The notes under the pieces: model-generated
Seen by the model: the letters and a program-made list of their open reading frames with translations, nothing else
Databases searched by the model: none
Told to the model about the DNA's origin: nothing
In this document: in pieces, positions 39,947 to 52,921 of the stretch
Position numbering within the stretch: position 1 is the stretch's first letter
Layout of the letters: each line of letters starts with the position of its first letter
Origin: Octopus sinensis
Lineage: Eukaryota
Length of the DNA stretch: 64,000 nucleotides
Reading direction: 5' to 3'
Assembly (NCBI RefSeq): GCF_006345805.1
Contig: NC_043009.1
Location: forward strand, 49,910,001-49,974,000
Made by a program: the position numbers and the translations under genes

Positions 39947-40382
39947 GGTGTAGGAGTGGCCGTGTGGTAAGTAGCTTGCTAACCAACCACATGGTTCCAG
40001 GTTCAGTCCCACTGCATGGCACCTTGGGCAAATGTCTTCTACTGTAGCCTTGGGCCGACCAAAGCCTTGTGAGTGGATTTGGTAGACGGAAACTGAAAGA
40101 AGCCTGTCGTATATATGCATATATATGTATATATGTATATGTATGTGTGCGCATATATGTTTGTATGTCTGTGTTTGTCCCCCACAACATTGCTTGATAA
40201 CTGATTCTGGTGTGTTTACGTCCCTGTAACTTAGCGGTTTGGAAAAAGTGACCGATAGAATAAGTACTAGGCTTTCAAAGAAAAAGTCCTGGGGTCAATT
40301 TGCTCGACTAAAGGCGGTACTCCAGCATGGCCACAGTCAAATGACTGAAACAAGTAAAAGAGTAAAAGAGAGTAAAAGAGTA
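39947..40382 (+). mobile_element. SINE family B, full length
   Basis: A and B boxes, CORE-like segment, internal microsatellite, (GTAAAAGA)n tail. Confidence 0.93.
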
Positions 40383-40622
40383 TATTACAACTGCCCACAG
40401 TATTTTTTTTTTTTTATACAAAACTGATTTCTTGTTTTGATTATAGTAATGGGACCTCTGCTGATTAATTTTTAATCCATGAACTGTTAATACTATCCTA
40501 TAAATGTTATTGAAAGTTTTAAATTTCAATATTCACAAAAGTTTTTAACTAGAATTTTGAACCAGAGCAAGGGAGACTACTTTCCATATTCAAATTTTTT
40601 CACCACCAGTGACCAAGATACC

Positions 40623-40840
40623 TATTTCTTTACTACCCACAAGGGGCTACACACAGAGGGAACAAAATGGATTAAGTCAATTACATCGACCCCAGTGTGC
40701 AACTGGTACTTATTTAATCGACCCCGAATGGATGAAAGGCAAAGTCGACCTCGGCAGAATTTGAACTGAGAACGTAACAGCAGACGAAATATGGCTACGC
40801 ATTTCGTCCGGCGTGCTAACGATTCTGCCAGCTCGCCGCC
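40623..40840 (-). mobile_element. SINE family A, young subfamily, 10-bp TSD ccaagatacc
   Basis: CpG-rich intact copy. TSD at 40613-40622 and 40841-40850. Confidence 0.93.
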
Positions 40841-41072
40841 CCAAGATACCAACTCCACCATCACATGACCTGCGCTGGCCAATAAGAATGAACAGCATTC
40901 ACAATCCAATGACAACAGCCTTGGAACATAGAACTAAACTTCTGAACAACAGGCACACGTCATGCATCTCTGAAACTACGAATAGTGCATTACTTAGACT
41001 GCTAATATAAAATTTAAATCTCAGTGACACATACTGAATACTTTGCTCACTGATAGGATCAGTGTAATAAAC

Positions 41073-41172
41073 NNNNNNNNNNNNNNNNNNNNNNNNNNNN
41101 NNNNNNNNNNNNNNNNNNNNNNNNNNNNNNNNNNNNNNNNNNNNNNNNNNNNNNNNNNNNNNNNNNNNNNNN
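41073..41172. other. assembly gap (100 N)
   Basis: Run of exactly 100 N, so true size and adjacency are unknown. Confidence 1.
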
Positions 41173-41180
41173 TGGGCGTA

Positions 41181-41248
41181 CAAAGAATAAGTCCAGGGTC
41201 GATTTGATCAACTAAAGGCGGTGCTCCAGTAAAAAGAGTAAAGAGTAA
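41181..41248 (+). mobile_element. SINE family B 3' fragment
   Basis: caaagaataagtccagggtcgatttg...aaggcggtgctccag, then gtaaaaagagtaaagag. Confidence 0.75.
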
Positions 41249-41337
41249 TATTTTACACACAAGCACATATATATTATGGGCCTGTGTGTATGTATGTGTT
41301 TGTATGTGCATATTTCTATGCATTTATTTGTAAGTAT

Positions 41338-41760
41338 GTCGAAATCGATCAACATCAATGGAAATTGCAGCTGTGATACCAGTGCCGGCGGCATGTAAGT
41401 GAGCCATCCGAACGTGGCCGTTGCCAGCGCCACCCCAATGGGCCTCCATGCTGGTGGCACATAAAAAGCACCATCCGATCGTGGCCGTTGCCAGCCTTGC
41501 CTGGCCCCCGTGCCAGTGGCACATAAAAAGCACCATCCAACCATGGCTGTTTGCCAGCCCCGTCTGGCACCTGTGCCAGTGGCACGTAAAAAGCACCCAC
41601 TACACTCACGGAGTGGTTGGCGTTAGGAAGGGCATCCAGCTGTAGAAACATTGCCAGATCAGACTGGGCCTGGTGCAGCCTTCTGGCTTCCCAGACCCCA
41701 GTTGAACCGTCCAGCCCATGATAGCTTCGAAAGCGGACGCTAAATGATGATGATGATGAT
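41338..41760 (+). mobile_element. SINE family C, longest copy in window
   Basis: Extra 5' sequence and four ggca(c/t)(g/a)taa units before the common body and (GAT)n tail. Confidence 0.92.
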
Positions 41761-42599
41761 ATGTATGTTTTAAAAAAGGTGAAGAACAGTGTATGAATGT
41801 TTATATCTGTGTGAATGTTCATGTGCATGAGTGTGAGAGACATGGGGAGCATAAATGCTCAAACTCATGCATACACACTATATGCATGTGTAATCACATA
41901 TGATTTCTGATAACATCTTTTATTTTAATGACTTAGTCAGGGATGTTCAAGCATTGTTTAGATTTTTTTTAGAAACTTAGAGATTGGGGAGAAAGAAAAT
42001 GAGAAACTTATCATTAAGTTGGGAACTTTTGCACAAATGCTTACTTCAGAATAGGGGACTCTGCTGAAGTATCCAAGGGCTAGGTGGCAGGGTTAAACTG
42101 AGCAATGGGTGATGTTTGTGAGTGTGTAAATAATTTGTCTTGGAGTTTTCTTCGAAGCGTATCAGTTTGCATCAGTAGTGTGTTATGTCAAAGTGTGGAT
42201 ACATGTGTACATATTGTTGTGTGTGTATGTTAATGCTTATGTGTGTGTGTGTGTGTGACTGAGTATGTGCTTGTATACATATGAATGTGTTTGTAGGTGT
42301 GCATGTGTAAGTATATAGGTGTGTGAGTGTGTGTGTGTATGTGTGTCTGGAATGAAATTGTCTTAGGAAATGCCTCTGTGTGTGTGTGTGTGTGTGTGTG
42401 AATATGTATGGATATAAAAAGGAGTATGTATAAGAGTGAAAGTGTGTGTTTGAATGAATGAGTGAATATGAGTGAGAGTGTATGTAAATGAGAATGTGAG
42501 AGCATATGTAACTAGCAACCATTAATTCTTCCAATTAAGTAACTAGAGCTTGAAGACAGTCGGAAGTGGACAGTGCCACAGACTACTCCAGCATTGTTA

Positions 42600-42941
42600 A
42601 AAACCACCACCACCAACACCACCGCCATAAGCAACACACCATCATAATCAACAAAACTCCACCACCTGTCACCATCATTATAACCACCACTACCACCACC
42701 ACCACCACCACCTTCACAATTTCATTATTACAACCACCATTTCCACTCCAGTCGCTACCACCAGTTACTAATCATCATCATCGTCATCGTCATCATCCTC
42801 ATCATCATCATTGTCAGCATCTTCGGCAACACAATTATTGCCTCCATCAAAATTATCTTGCTTCCCCAACAACTTTAACTACCACTACCACTTACTCCAC
42901 TCCACCATAAGCCTCATCATCACTCCAAAAATCGCTGTCAC

Positions 42942-42977
<36 letters not shown>

Positions 42978-43374
42978 CACCACCACCACTACTACTACTA
43001 TCACCACCACCACTACCAACACTACTACTACTACTACTATACTACTACTACTACTACTAAACAACATTACCAACTCCACTGTTGCCACAATCACCCCCAA
43101 CAATGACTAACACCATCATCACAACCTCAGCTACAACCAGTACCATCACAATGTTTTGTAATTAGACCACCATCACCACCACCACCACAGAATAATACCA
43201 CTATATAATACAACCATAAGAAGGGTGGCTGTAATATGGTCATTTGAGCTACTAAAAATAGTAGCCTAATCTCTGGATAATGTGTCCCAGAGACACTGTT
43301 TCGATAAGATGGTGTGACCATGGCTGGAAAGCCTTTGATTGTAAGACTGCTCAACCAGAGCTGACCAGAAGCTA

Positions 43375-43407
<33 letters not shown>

Positions 43408-43411
43408 CATC

Positions 43412-43442
<31 letters not shown>

Positions 43443-43446
43443 TCAC

Positions 43447-43482
<36 letters not shown>

Positions 43483-43485
43483 CAT

Positions 43486-43521
<36 letters not shown>

Positions 43522-44345
43522 GATAACCACTAGTACTGAATCTCTTATGATAAACAGGCAAACCTAACCAGGGTGAGGTTGCATCACCATGGCCATCACC
43601 ATCACTAAGAACGCCAACAACAACAACATCAGCTCCTTAAACTCATGCCACAAGGAACATGACAAGAATGTTAACAACTGCAACCACAACAATAACATCT
43701 TCTCAATTTGCACAACAGCCACAACAAAATCTCTACATTAAATCCCCACAACAATCACAGGAATATCCTTTCAACCCCTCAACCACCACCACCACAACAA
43801 CAACACCCTCTCAACCACCACAACCACCGTCACTACCACCCCCTCCACAACAGCAACCACAGTAACATCCTTTCCACCACAACCACCACCACAACAACAA
43901 CACCAACAACAACAGTAACATCCTCTCAACCACCACCACCACCACAAAAACACCACCCTCTCAACCACCACCACCACCACCACCATCACCACAACAACAC
44001 CACAACCACAGTCACTACCACCACCACTGCCACCACCACCACCACCACCACATATTCTCAACCACCACAACCATCATCACTACCACTGTCACTACCACCA
44101 CCTCCACAACAACAACCACAGTAACATCCTCTACACCACCACCACAACAACAACAGTAACACCCTCTCAACCACCACCACCACCACCACCGATTTGAGAG
44201 GGACTCTGCATTAACCACCACAACCACCACTACAACAGGAACCCTATATTAACAATCACCACCACTACCACTACAGTAACATCAATTCTGCCTTCACAGT
44301 CACAACCACCACCACCATTAAACCCCGCACCAGCACTATCCATCC
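42600..44345. repeat. (CAC/CTA/CAA)n low-complexity field with internal short tandem duplications
   Basis: Direct reading. The cagtaacatcctctcaaccaccac unit recurs at 43770-44190. Confidence 0.9.
43225..43375 (+). mobile_element. old repeat family E
   Basis: ctactaaaaatagtagcctaatct...ggctggaaagcctttgatt...ctgacc. Confidence 0.5.
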
Positions 44346-44854
44346 ATCCATCTATCCATCCGACCACCCCATAACATCCTTTATCCATCTTTATTTGTTT
44401 TTAAATAGAAGACCTTTCTCCTCCTTAAAGGTCCACATGGGTTGTATGCAGAACTACCAGGGGAGAATGGAGTAACTATTATAGATAGGAGCGTGGAAGG
44501 GAGGGAACTGATTTGGGAAGAAATATTGGGGTGGAAGAAGGGATGGGTAATTGTTGTTGTGGTGGTGGTGGTGGTGGTGGTGTGGGGGGACAGGGGGAGA
44601 AGTTAGAGACTAAGGATGGGGAAGAGAGAGAGAGAGAGAGGAATCTGGAAACAGCAGCAGGGTTGTAATAATTGGAAGAGAATGTAAACTGAATTAGAAG
44701 AAGACACGTGTGTAATGTGCATGTGTATATATGTGTGTATATTGTGTAATCTGTGTGTGTGCCACAAGCTGGCAGAATGTTGTATATGCATTTCAATTAT
44801 ATGTATAGTAATTATATGATAGTTATTTATGTTTCTGAGTGTGTGAGCATTTGC

Positions 44855-44940
44855 ATGTATGTGTATGTGTGTGTGTGTCAGTGTGTATATGCACACATGC
44901 ACACACACACACATATATATATATGTACACATATATATGT

Positions 44941-44973
<33 letters not shown>

Positions 44974-45088
44974 CATACACACACATATATATATAGATAC
45001 ACACACATATATATATATACACATATATAGTTGCATTTGTATTTCTGGGACAGAGAGACATGCATGTGTCAGTGACAAAAAGAAAATT

Positions 45089-45154
<66 letters not shown>

Positions 45155-45186
45155 TGTGTGCATACACAATATATATACATATATAT

Positions 45187-45223
<37 letters not shown>

Positions 45224-45270
45224 ATACACAATATATATGTATATATTATGTGTGTGTGTGTGTGAGTGTT
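44855..45270. repeat. (TG)n/(TA)n/(CA)n microsatellites
   Basis: Direct reading. Confidence 0.93.
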
Positions 45271-45289
45271 TTTAAATAAGAACATCTTT

Positions 45290-46225
45290 GAGGCAGAAGC
45301 AGAAGGAGTAGAAGACCATAAGATGGTCCAAGTGAAGGAGAGTGATAAAAAGGAGAGGAGAGAGAAAGCATACAGAAGAAAGCAAGGAGTGATGGAGGGC
45401 AGGAGAGAAGGAAAGGAATATAGAAGAGGATGTGAGAATAGGTTGGAGGTAAAAGTATTAGGAGAGGCAGAGAAATCATGGAGAAAGAGAAAGTAGTAAA
45501 AAAGAGGAGAGAAAGAGTGTTAAGGAAAGAGCAAAGGATGAGTGGTCAGAGAGAGAGAGTGAGAGGAGAGAGAGTCTGGGGAAAATAGAGTGTAAAAGGG
45601 GACGATAAAGAGGATAGGGTTAGTGAGAAGGAGAGAAAAGAATGATGGGAGGTAAATGCAATAAAGATAGAAATAAAGAAAATTTAATAGAGAGGGAAAG
45701 AGAGGAAAACTGAGAGATAGAGAAGTGATGGTGAGAAAGGGAAAGAAAAGTGAAAGTACAGAAAGAAGAGAGAGAGGGAGCGAGAGAGAGAGAGAGAGAG
45801 GAAGAAGTTAGAGTGTGGAACCATAGAAAGATTGAAAGTGAGTAGAGAGACAAATAGAAGAGACAGAGAGAGAAAAGAAACAGGTAAAAGATAGTGAGAA
45901 AAAGAGGCAGGCAGGGAAAGAGAGAGGGGGAGAAGAGAGAGGGGGAGAGAGAGAGAGAGGGGAAGAGAGAGAGGGGGAGAAGAGAGAGGAGAGAGAGAGA
46001 GAGAGGAAGAAGTTAGAGTGGTGGAACCATAGAAAGATTGAAAGTGAGTAGAGAGACAAATAGAAGAGACAGAGAGAGAAAAGAAACAGGTAAAAGATAG
46101 TGAGAAAAAGAGGCAGGCAGGGAAAGAGAGAGGGGGAGAAGAGAGAGGGGGAGAAGAGAGAGGGGGAGAGAGAGAGGGGAGAGAGAGAGGGGGAGAAGAA
46201 GAGAGAGAGAGAGAGAGAGGGAAGT
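45290..46225. repeat. polypurine (GA-rich) tract containing a 205-bp tandem duplication
   Basis: gaagaagttagagtg starts at 45801 and 46006. Confidence 0.9.
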
Positions 46226-46734
46226 TCCACTGAAAGTGACAGAGTCGAGTGTGTGACTCAGAGATGGTGTCAGAAATAGCAAAATGCTATTTAATACTTT
46301 AATTATGCAAGGTTATTACTACGTGTGTGCACAATTAGCTGTGCAGCAAAATATGCATTTCAGTTAAACAGGGGGCAATATTAATGGCTAAAGTACAGCC
46401 GCTCAGAACACTTGGGGGAGATGGTTAGTAATTTATAACGATTACTGCACAATGCTGACGCAATTGCTGCTATTGAATTATTACTACCAATGCCCTAATG
46501 CTATTACTATTGTCATTATTATCATTATTATTATTATTATTACTATTATTATTATTATTGTAAAGGTGCTAATGCATGCTACCACTCTACTAGTTAACTT
46601 TGCACCACAAAGGAGCGACTTCAACAGTACAACTTCAGTACTGCATTCTTCAAAGTTGCTTGATTGATTTCGTTGACACCTCTCACTTACAAACATCATC
46701 TTAGCAGCTGAGAAAGCCAATGAAAGTGCTTGAA

Positions 46735-46920
46735 TATGATCTCTCAACCTGCTGGAGATGGTAACTAAACTTCCATCAAATCACACTTTGTCATCTTACA
46801 TACAACAGCAAAAAATTTATATTGATTACACCTTGCCTGAATATAAGATAATGTGATCACAATGGGAACACCTTTGACCACAGATCTGCTGGATCAGGCG
46901 TTGACATGGAGTTAGATATT
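46735..46920 (+). mobile_element. old repeat family E
   Basis: tcaacctgctggagatggtaactaaa...cctttgaccacagatctgctggatcagg. Confidence 0.55.
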
Positions 46921-47329
46921 AAAAATCTTAATAGTCCAGTAAAAACCAAAGCATGGTGTTTAGAAAAACCTGGAGAGGATTTAATCCCATGGGTGTAAGT
47001 AAACTGTAAAACCAAAGATCAAGAGTTGCTGGCAATGCAGCGAAATTTTTAATGATTCCTGCCATGCCTGTAGAAAGTCAGAAAATTGTAGAAAGAAGAG
47101 TAGAGAAGAGTAAATAGGATCCACCCCAACATATTTGTTTTAGCGACCCTATGCGGCTGAAATATAGAATCAACCTTGGTAAGATTTGAACTTGGAGTGT
47201 AATGTATTGAAACTAAATAGTATAGAGCCTTTCTTAATCTAGAGAGATACCATTTCTGGCATTCTTCCACCTTATTTAAAAAAAATAATAACATCAGATG
47301 CAAAAAAAGGAAGCAAAAATTGCCAACAA

Positions 47330-47560
47330 AAAAGTGGAAATGATTTCCAAAAATGCTGAGTTAGCAGCAGAAATCTCAAGAATGTGGGAATGTCCAGTAG
47401 TAAAAGTAGAAGTCATTCCAATTATCATCGGTGAATTAGATTCTGTCCCCCATAATTAATGCATCACCAAGAATGGTTTAGAATCAAGACGAGATATGTG
47501 AGTGGTCAAAAATCTAACCTCCTTAGAACAGCTCATATTCTTAGAAAAGTACAACATTTG
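47330..47560 (+). mobile_element. degenerate R4/Dong-like LINE 3' remnant
   Basis: Translates ELAAEISRMWECPVVKVEVIPIIIGELDSVP and, after disruption, QKSNLLRTAHILRKV. Confidence 0.75.
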
Positions 47561-47649
47561 ATAAGGTTTGACAGGTAGTTTGAAGAAAAAAAAAACCCTA
47601 AAGATTTTATACCCAGAGCATGTAATGAAGAATAACAAAAATAACTGTT

Positions 47650-47799
47650 TTCAATTTAGGCACAAGGCTAGCATTTTTGAAGGGAAAGGATACTTGATAC
47701 CATTGACCCTGAAAGGGATGGGAAGTTAAATTGGTCATGAACAAATACTGCCAAATAATTTTTCCAGTGCTCTAACAACCCTACTGATTCATTGCAATA

Positions 47800-47830
<31 letters not shown>

Positions 47831-47844
47831 TAATAATAATAGTA

Positions 47845-47898
<54 letters not shown>

Positions 47899-48240
47899 TA
47901 CTGTCTACTAAACGCACAAGGCCTGAAATTTGGGGTACTTATTTATTGACTCCGAAAGGATGAAAGGCAAAGTTGACCCCGGCAGAATTTTAACTCAGAA
48001 CTGAACATTCTGCCCAACTTGCAAACAATTCTGACAGTTCAATGCCCAACATAATAATAATAATAATAATAATCCTTTCTACATCAACTCCAGTGCTCGA
48101 CTAGTACTTATTTTATTAACCCTCAATGGATGAAAAGCAAAGTTGAACTTAGTGGAGGCTGAACTCAGATTCTAAAATGTTGGAAGTAATGTGGTTAAGC
48201 ATTTTGCTCAGTATGCTGTTTCTGCTTGCTCACTGCCCTT
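47650..48240 (-). mobile_element. cluster of three degenerate family A SINEs separated by (AAT)n
   Basis: ggtacttatttt...ggatgaaaggcaaagttgacc motifs at ~47935 and ~48105, with a weaker copy at ~47700. Confidence 0.7.
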
Positions 48241-48588
48241 GACCAGATTTATGATGAAATGTAGGTGCTTCAATGATTTTGTTTTTTATGAAGAATTTGA
48301 TGGATTGAACTAAATAACTAACTTTTAATTTTGCAAAATAACTTTTGGAATTTATATTAAATCTGATACCAAGAACATAACTTAGTACAATGTCCTAACA
48401 GGAACTGATGAGGGGAAGATTTTATTTTAAATATGAACACTTTAAAATATGTGATTCTGTATCAACTAATTGAAAGTAGTGGTCTCACATGAGTAAGGGT
48501 CAAAATAGTTAAAACCGTAATTAATTTACATGTAACAAACCAGCTGAAGCTAGGTTTCATATATGCAGGTGTTTGACAAAATACGTAC

Positions 48589-48613
48589 CTGGGTTATTTC
48601 TGTATGTATTCAT
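48589..48613 (-). CDS. candidate coding part of a start exon (MNTYRNNP, phase 1)
   Basis: ctaaaATG context and CAG|gtacgt donor. The frame stays open upstream to another ATG at 48751. Confidence 0.25.
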
Positions 48614-49108
48614 TTTAGATGAAACAATAAAATAAACAAATGCAGTTTCTAATACATTCCTTTTAATATCTTTAAATTGGGATTCAGATTTAAATATAAA
48701 TTGTTTAACAAATCTTAAACAAGACAAGTGTTGGTTAGCTATAAATTTCATAATACAGAGCAATATGATAGAAGTACATTGCTATTGACCACAGTCTGTG
48801 AAGAATATATACTGATTAATGTACATACTTTAATTAATATTTCTGAAGCTAATAAGATTGCTGTTACAAGTTGGTAATATAATCATTATTACTATAGTCA
48901 GAAATTACACATCCATTCAAGATGGTTCTATAAAAACAAATCACCAATGAGTTCAGTACTTGAGCTTTTAAAAATACTCCCCGAAAATCAATATCAAATT
49001 TAGCTTTATAAGATTCTTTAAAAGTATTGGGAGAATGAGTGATTCCCAATGGATAAACTAAACTATAAAAACAATTTAATGACATTTTTTTAAGTCATTT
49101 TTTTGGTC

Positions 49109-49287
49109 CAGTTAACTATACCTATATAGTCACCAATATTGAATCAGTTAACTAAAATATACTAATATCTTTATAGTCATCAATTTTTAATGGCTCTGTT
49201 AACTATGCTAATACCAATTTAGTCAATGATACTTATCAGCTCTGTTAACTAAACTATACGCTAATACCTACATAGACAACAATATTG
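49109..49287. repeat. degenerate ~45-bp minisatellite (4 units)
   Basis: c(a/t)gttaacta...tagtca..aat recurs four times. Confidence 0.55.
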
Positions 49288-49545
49288 TTTTTACCCAAAA
49301 CTTTATATCAATAATTCTAAATCTCACTGTTGCTGATTCAAAACCCGCTAGAGGCAGTTTTGTCTTCCATCTATTTGCGAAAGATAAAGAAGTAACATAG
49401 AAAGTCAGTTCAATTGTGTGTGTGTGTACATGTGCACGCACATGTCATTATTCAGTTTTATTTCAAGATTCTTGCAAATAGAGAATGAGCAGGTTTCTAA
49501 CCTAGATCCAGTGCTCCATCATTGAAATTTCAACATCAACAGCAG

Positions 49546-49583
49546 TGTATGTATGTATGTATGTATGTATGTATGTATGTATG

Positions 49584-49614
<31 letters not shown>

Positions 49615-49636
49615 GTATGTATGTATGTATGTATGC

Positions 49637-49667
<31 letters not shown>

Positions 49668-49758
49668 TGTATGTATGTATGTATGTATGTATGCAGATTT
49701 GTATGTTTTGTTTTATGTATGTATGTATGTATGTATGTATGTATGTATGTATGTGTGT
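49546..49758. repeat. (TATG)n microsatellite
   Basis: Direct reading. Confidence 0.95.
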
Positions 49759-51064
49759 GACAAGTAAAGAGGAAGTTTTATTTCATAGAATATTTCCATA
49801 AAACTCCAGTATTCCTTCTATTCACTCAAATTAAGATACCAAAGGTGTTTTAAGTGGAGTAAATACTTAAAGTGCTATGATGTAACTGAATACAACAGAA
49901 TTTAAACAGCTGGAAATTTTTTATACAATAACATTTTGAAGAATCCTGTAACAGACTTAGTATTTTATTTTAAGAAATTATGAATACACTCTAGAGGATA
50001 AGTTTAGATCCCACATATTAAGGTGAAACTCCAAATGTTCCGTAAGATAGTATAATTGTCTGAAGGAACTGAAAACTGATTGCTTTTGTAAGTACATGTC
50101 ACCCATATACTTTCAACATACATTCAGAGCGAACTCTGAGTATACAACATGATGGTTGAGAAAAGGATAATTTTCAATTTTCTCAATTCAAAATAAATTC
50201 TACTTCTTTTTATGCAAGATTCCTTAAAAATAAGTTAATCCGTTTCTGAAACTCAAGAAAATATAAGAGACAGGGTTTATCTTTGTTTATCCAAAGCATT
50301 AAGCAGATGAGAGAGAATTTTTCTCTTATATAAGAATGTTCTCTGTTGCTAAAAAGGTAGCTTTTCTTGAGATGTGTATGTGTGTTTGTATGTGTATGTA
50401 TGCAAATGTGGGTAAATTAAACTCAGTAACTGAAATCTACAGTGCTGCCATTGAAACCTATGTTTAATTATACTGCATGCAGAACCTCTATAACACTAGG
50501 TGGACTTAACCATTGAAAGTTAAGTCTATTAGACACAGAAGCAACACAGTGCCAGTGACAAACTGCCAAACTTCATGTGGTTTTCAAATGTCGTTTTCTA
50601 TTGATTTTGATTTACAGATCTTTGTCTCAAAAATTCCTTACATAACATCTGCATATAATCTTCAGTTGCATTTTCTTTATTTTTATCTTAAATGAATGCA
50701 TATAAGTGTGCACACACACACACACTCACACAAACAGAGAAAAATAAATGCAACAATTAAACAAAGACTTTGGCGTGAAACTTCTGAGATAACGTAACTT
50801 CTGAGAAGAGTTCAGCATGAGACACCAGACTCAAACTATCATTTATCAATAAAACTTTAAATAAAACACATTCCCACCTCCATACACACACACACACAAC
50901 CACTATCACACCCCCCGTAAATATTTTCTAAAATAACATCCCATTATGCTTGATTACATTCAGAAAATTCTAAAATTCTCTTTTATTTTCAGAACTGTTT
51001 CAAAAGATGATTTCATAATACATACATATATATATATATATATGTATATATATATTATATATAT

Positions 51065-51108
<44 letters not shown>

Positions 51109-51846
51109 CATGTGTGTATATTTCTTATCCAGTTGTAATTTTTTTATTTTTATTTTTATTTTTATGCTAGGATTACAATTCTCTGTTCTTTTCAGTAATT
51201 AAAATTTTCTTTGGAATTCAGTGTTGTAATTGCATATAAATGTATGTTAATTCCATTCCATTCTCTTCTTTTGCTTTAAATGATAATTTTTTTCCCAGTT
51301 GGTCTTCAGGATTTCAGCAAACCACACTAACACACACAAACAAATGCAAGCACGCAATAATAAAAATAACAAAAATTAAAAAAACAAAAACAAAACAAAA
51401 AGCATTTAGAATTTAGAGAGAGAGAGAGAGAACAATGAAATCACAAACAGAATAAAACATCAATAGAAATAGTTGGTTTTGCTGACATCATGAACAACAC
51501 AAGAGCAGCAAAAATAAAACAAAATGGAAAGCAAAAAAAAAATAAAAGCATTTTCAAAAAACTTTAAATTTCTTCCATCCTTTCAAATCTTGTCTGCTAT
51601 TTTCTGTTCTGATGTGATATGAATAATGATTAGTTTTATTCAAATACATGCAAAATCCAGCCAGAATGTAATTTTTAGAAAACATTATATAGAGGAAATA
51701 GAAATTGTAAAGAAAAATTTTGTTTACCTTATTTTTCAGGGAGTTTTACTTATTCTTTTTTCCCACCCTTCTTACAATAGACTGGTTTTTGGTCAATATT
51801 AAAGAAAAGTTGAAATGAAAGAAATTTGTAGATGGAATTTCTGGAT

Positions 51847-52038
51847 ACTTACCTGAAAATATAAAATAGAAATAAATTAATTAATTTACGAAACAAATAA
51901 ATTTTTTTGTGTGATAAAAATACAGTAAAAAGAACAAGAGAATTGAAATAAAATAAATTGGAAATTTCAAAGTATTCAATAATTTAAAGATTTTGCAACC
52001 AGCAAACCATTTGTTGTTTTCAAGGTCAGTGAATATTA
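51847..52038 (-). promoter_or_regulatory. candidate recursive splice site (3'ss fused to 5'ss) with long AG-exclusion zone
   Basis: Minus strand reads tttatttctattttatattttCAG|GTAAGT. There is no other minus-strand AG between 52038 and 51855. Confidence 0.6.
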
Positions 52039-52177
52039 CTAAGTAACAACACAACTCCTCTCTCACCAACACTACCATCAAGAGTTTTGTCCCATCACCA
52101 GCTTCATCTTAAAAAGTTAAAGTTTGTAGTGGTTGGCCAGTGATGAGAATTACTCGATGTTTTACAAGACAACTTAC

Positions 52178-52243
52178 GGCACAAATGATTGATTCTTGCA
52201 AAATTAAACAGGCATCTGTTAAGTCTAATAGTTGAGCTCAAAA
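52178..52243 (-). other. candidate 66-nt exon
   Basis: Long (TC)n pyrimidine tract, then ttttaagaatag acceptor and GCC|gtaagt donor. Open phase 1 to 1 frame LSSTIRLNRCLFNFARINHLC. Confidence 0.3.
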
Positions 52244-52921
52244 CTATTCTTAAAAAGAGAAAGAGAAAGTGAGAGAAATAGAGAGAGAGAAGAAAGAGAA
52301 AAGAAAGAGAAAATTCACAATAAATATCCCAGTTTAGCAAGTAATTACATTTCTTCGTTTAATTATCCAAAAACCTATAAGTCTTGTACCAACCCTTGCA
52401 CAATCTAAATTAATTTTGTTTGCCTTGTACAAGGTAAAACATTTTATATGCTTGTTGTAGAATAACTAACTATAAGAATATTTGGAGTTATTTGATTTTC
52501 TTCATCTTTACAGTTGATTCTTTTATATTAAACATTTCTTTTTGCTTTTTTTTCCACTAATTTTTCAGAAGTTCTTTGAAAATGAAGATGCACTGCTTGT
52601 AAATTTTCTAACAAATAAAATCTTTAAAAATAAATATAGTCTATTTACACATACATACACACAACACACACACACACACACTTGCATACATAATTTCTTT
52701 TACAGATCCAACTGAAGACTAACACCTTACATTATTTAAAGAAAGGGAATCTAGTTGGTGTGATGTCAATATTATGACTATATATTTTATTGTGACTGGA
52801 TCAATAAAAATTCAAACTAAAACAGGACCAAGATTTGAATTTAGAAACACAAAGCACCAAAGTGGTTGATGTCCTAAGTAAGTGATACCCTTAGTTTGGC
52901 TCTATCCAATTTATTTCTAAT

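Noticed and set aside
41390-41600. CRISPR-like regularly spaced repeats
   Set aside because: These are internal tandem units of SINE C with related spacers, in a eukaryotic context with no cas genes.
42566-44230. Mucin-like or Pro/Thr/His-rich protein
   Set aside because: Trinucleotide low-complexity DNA that is open in several frames on both strands and broken by stops and a repeat.
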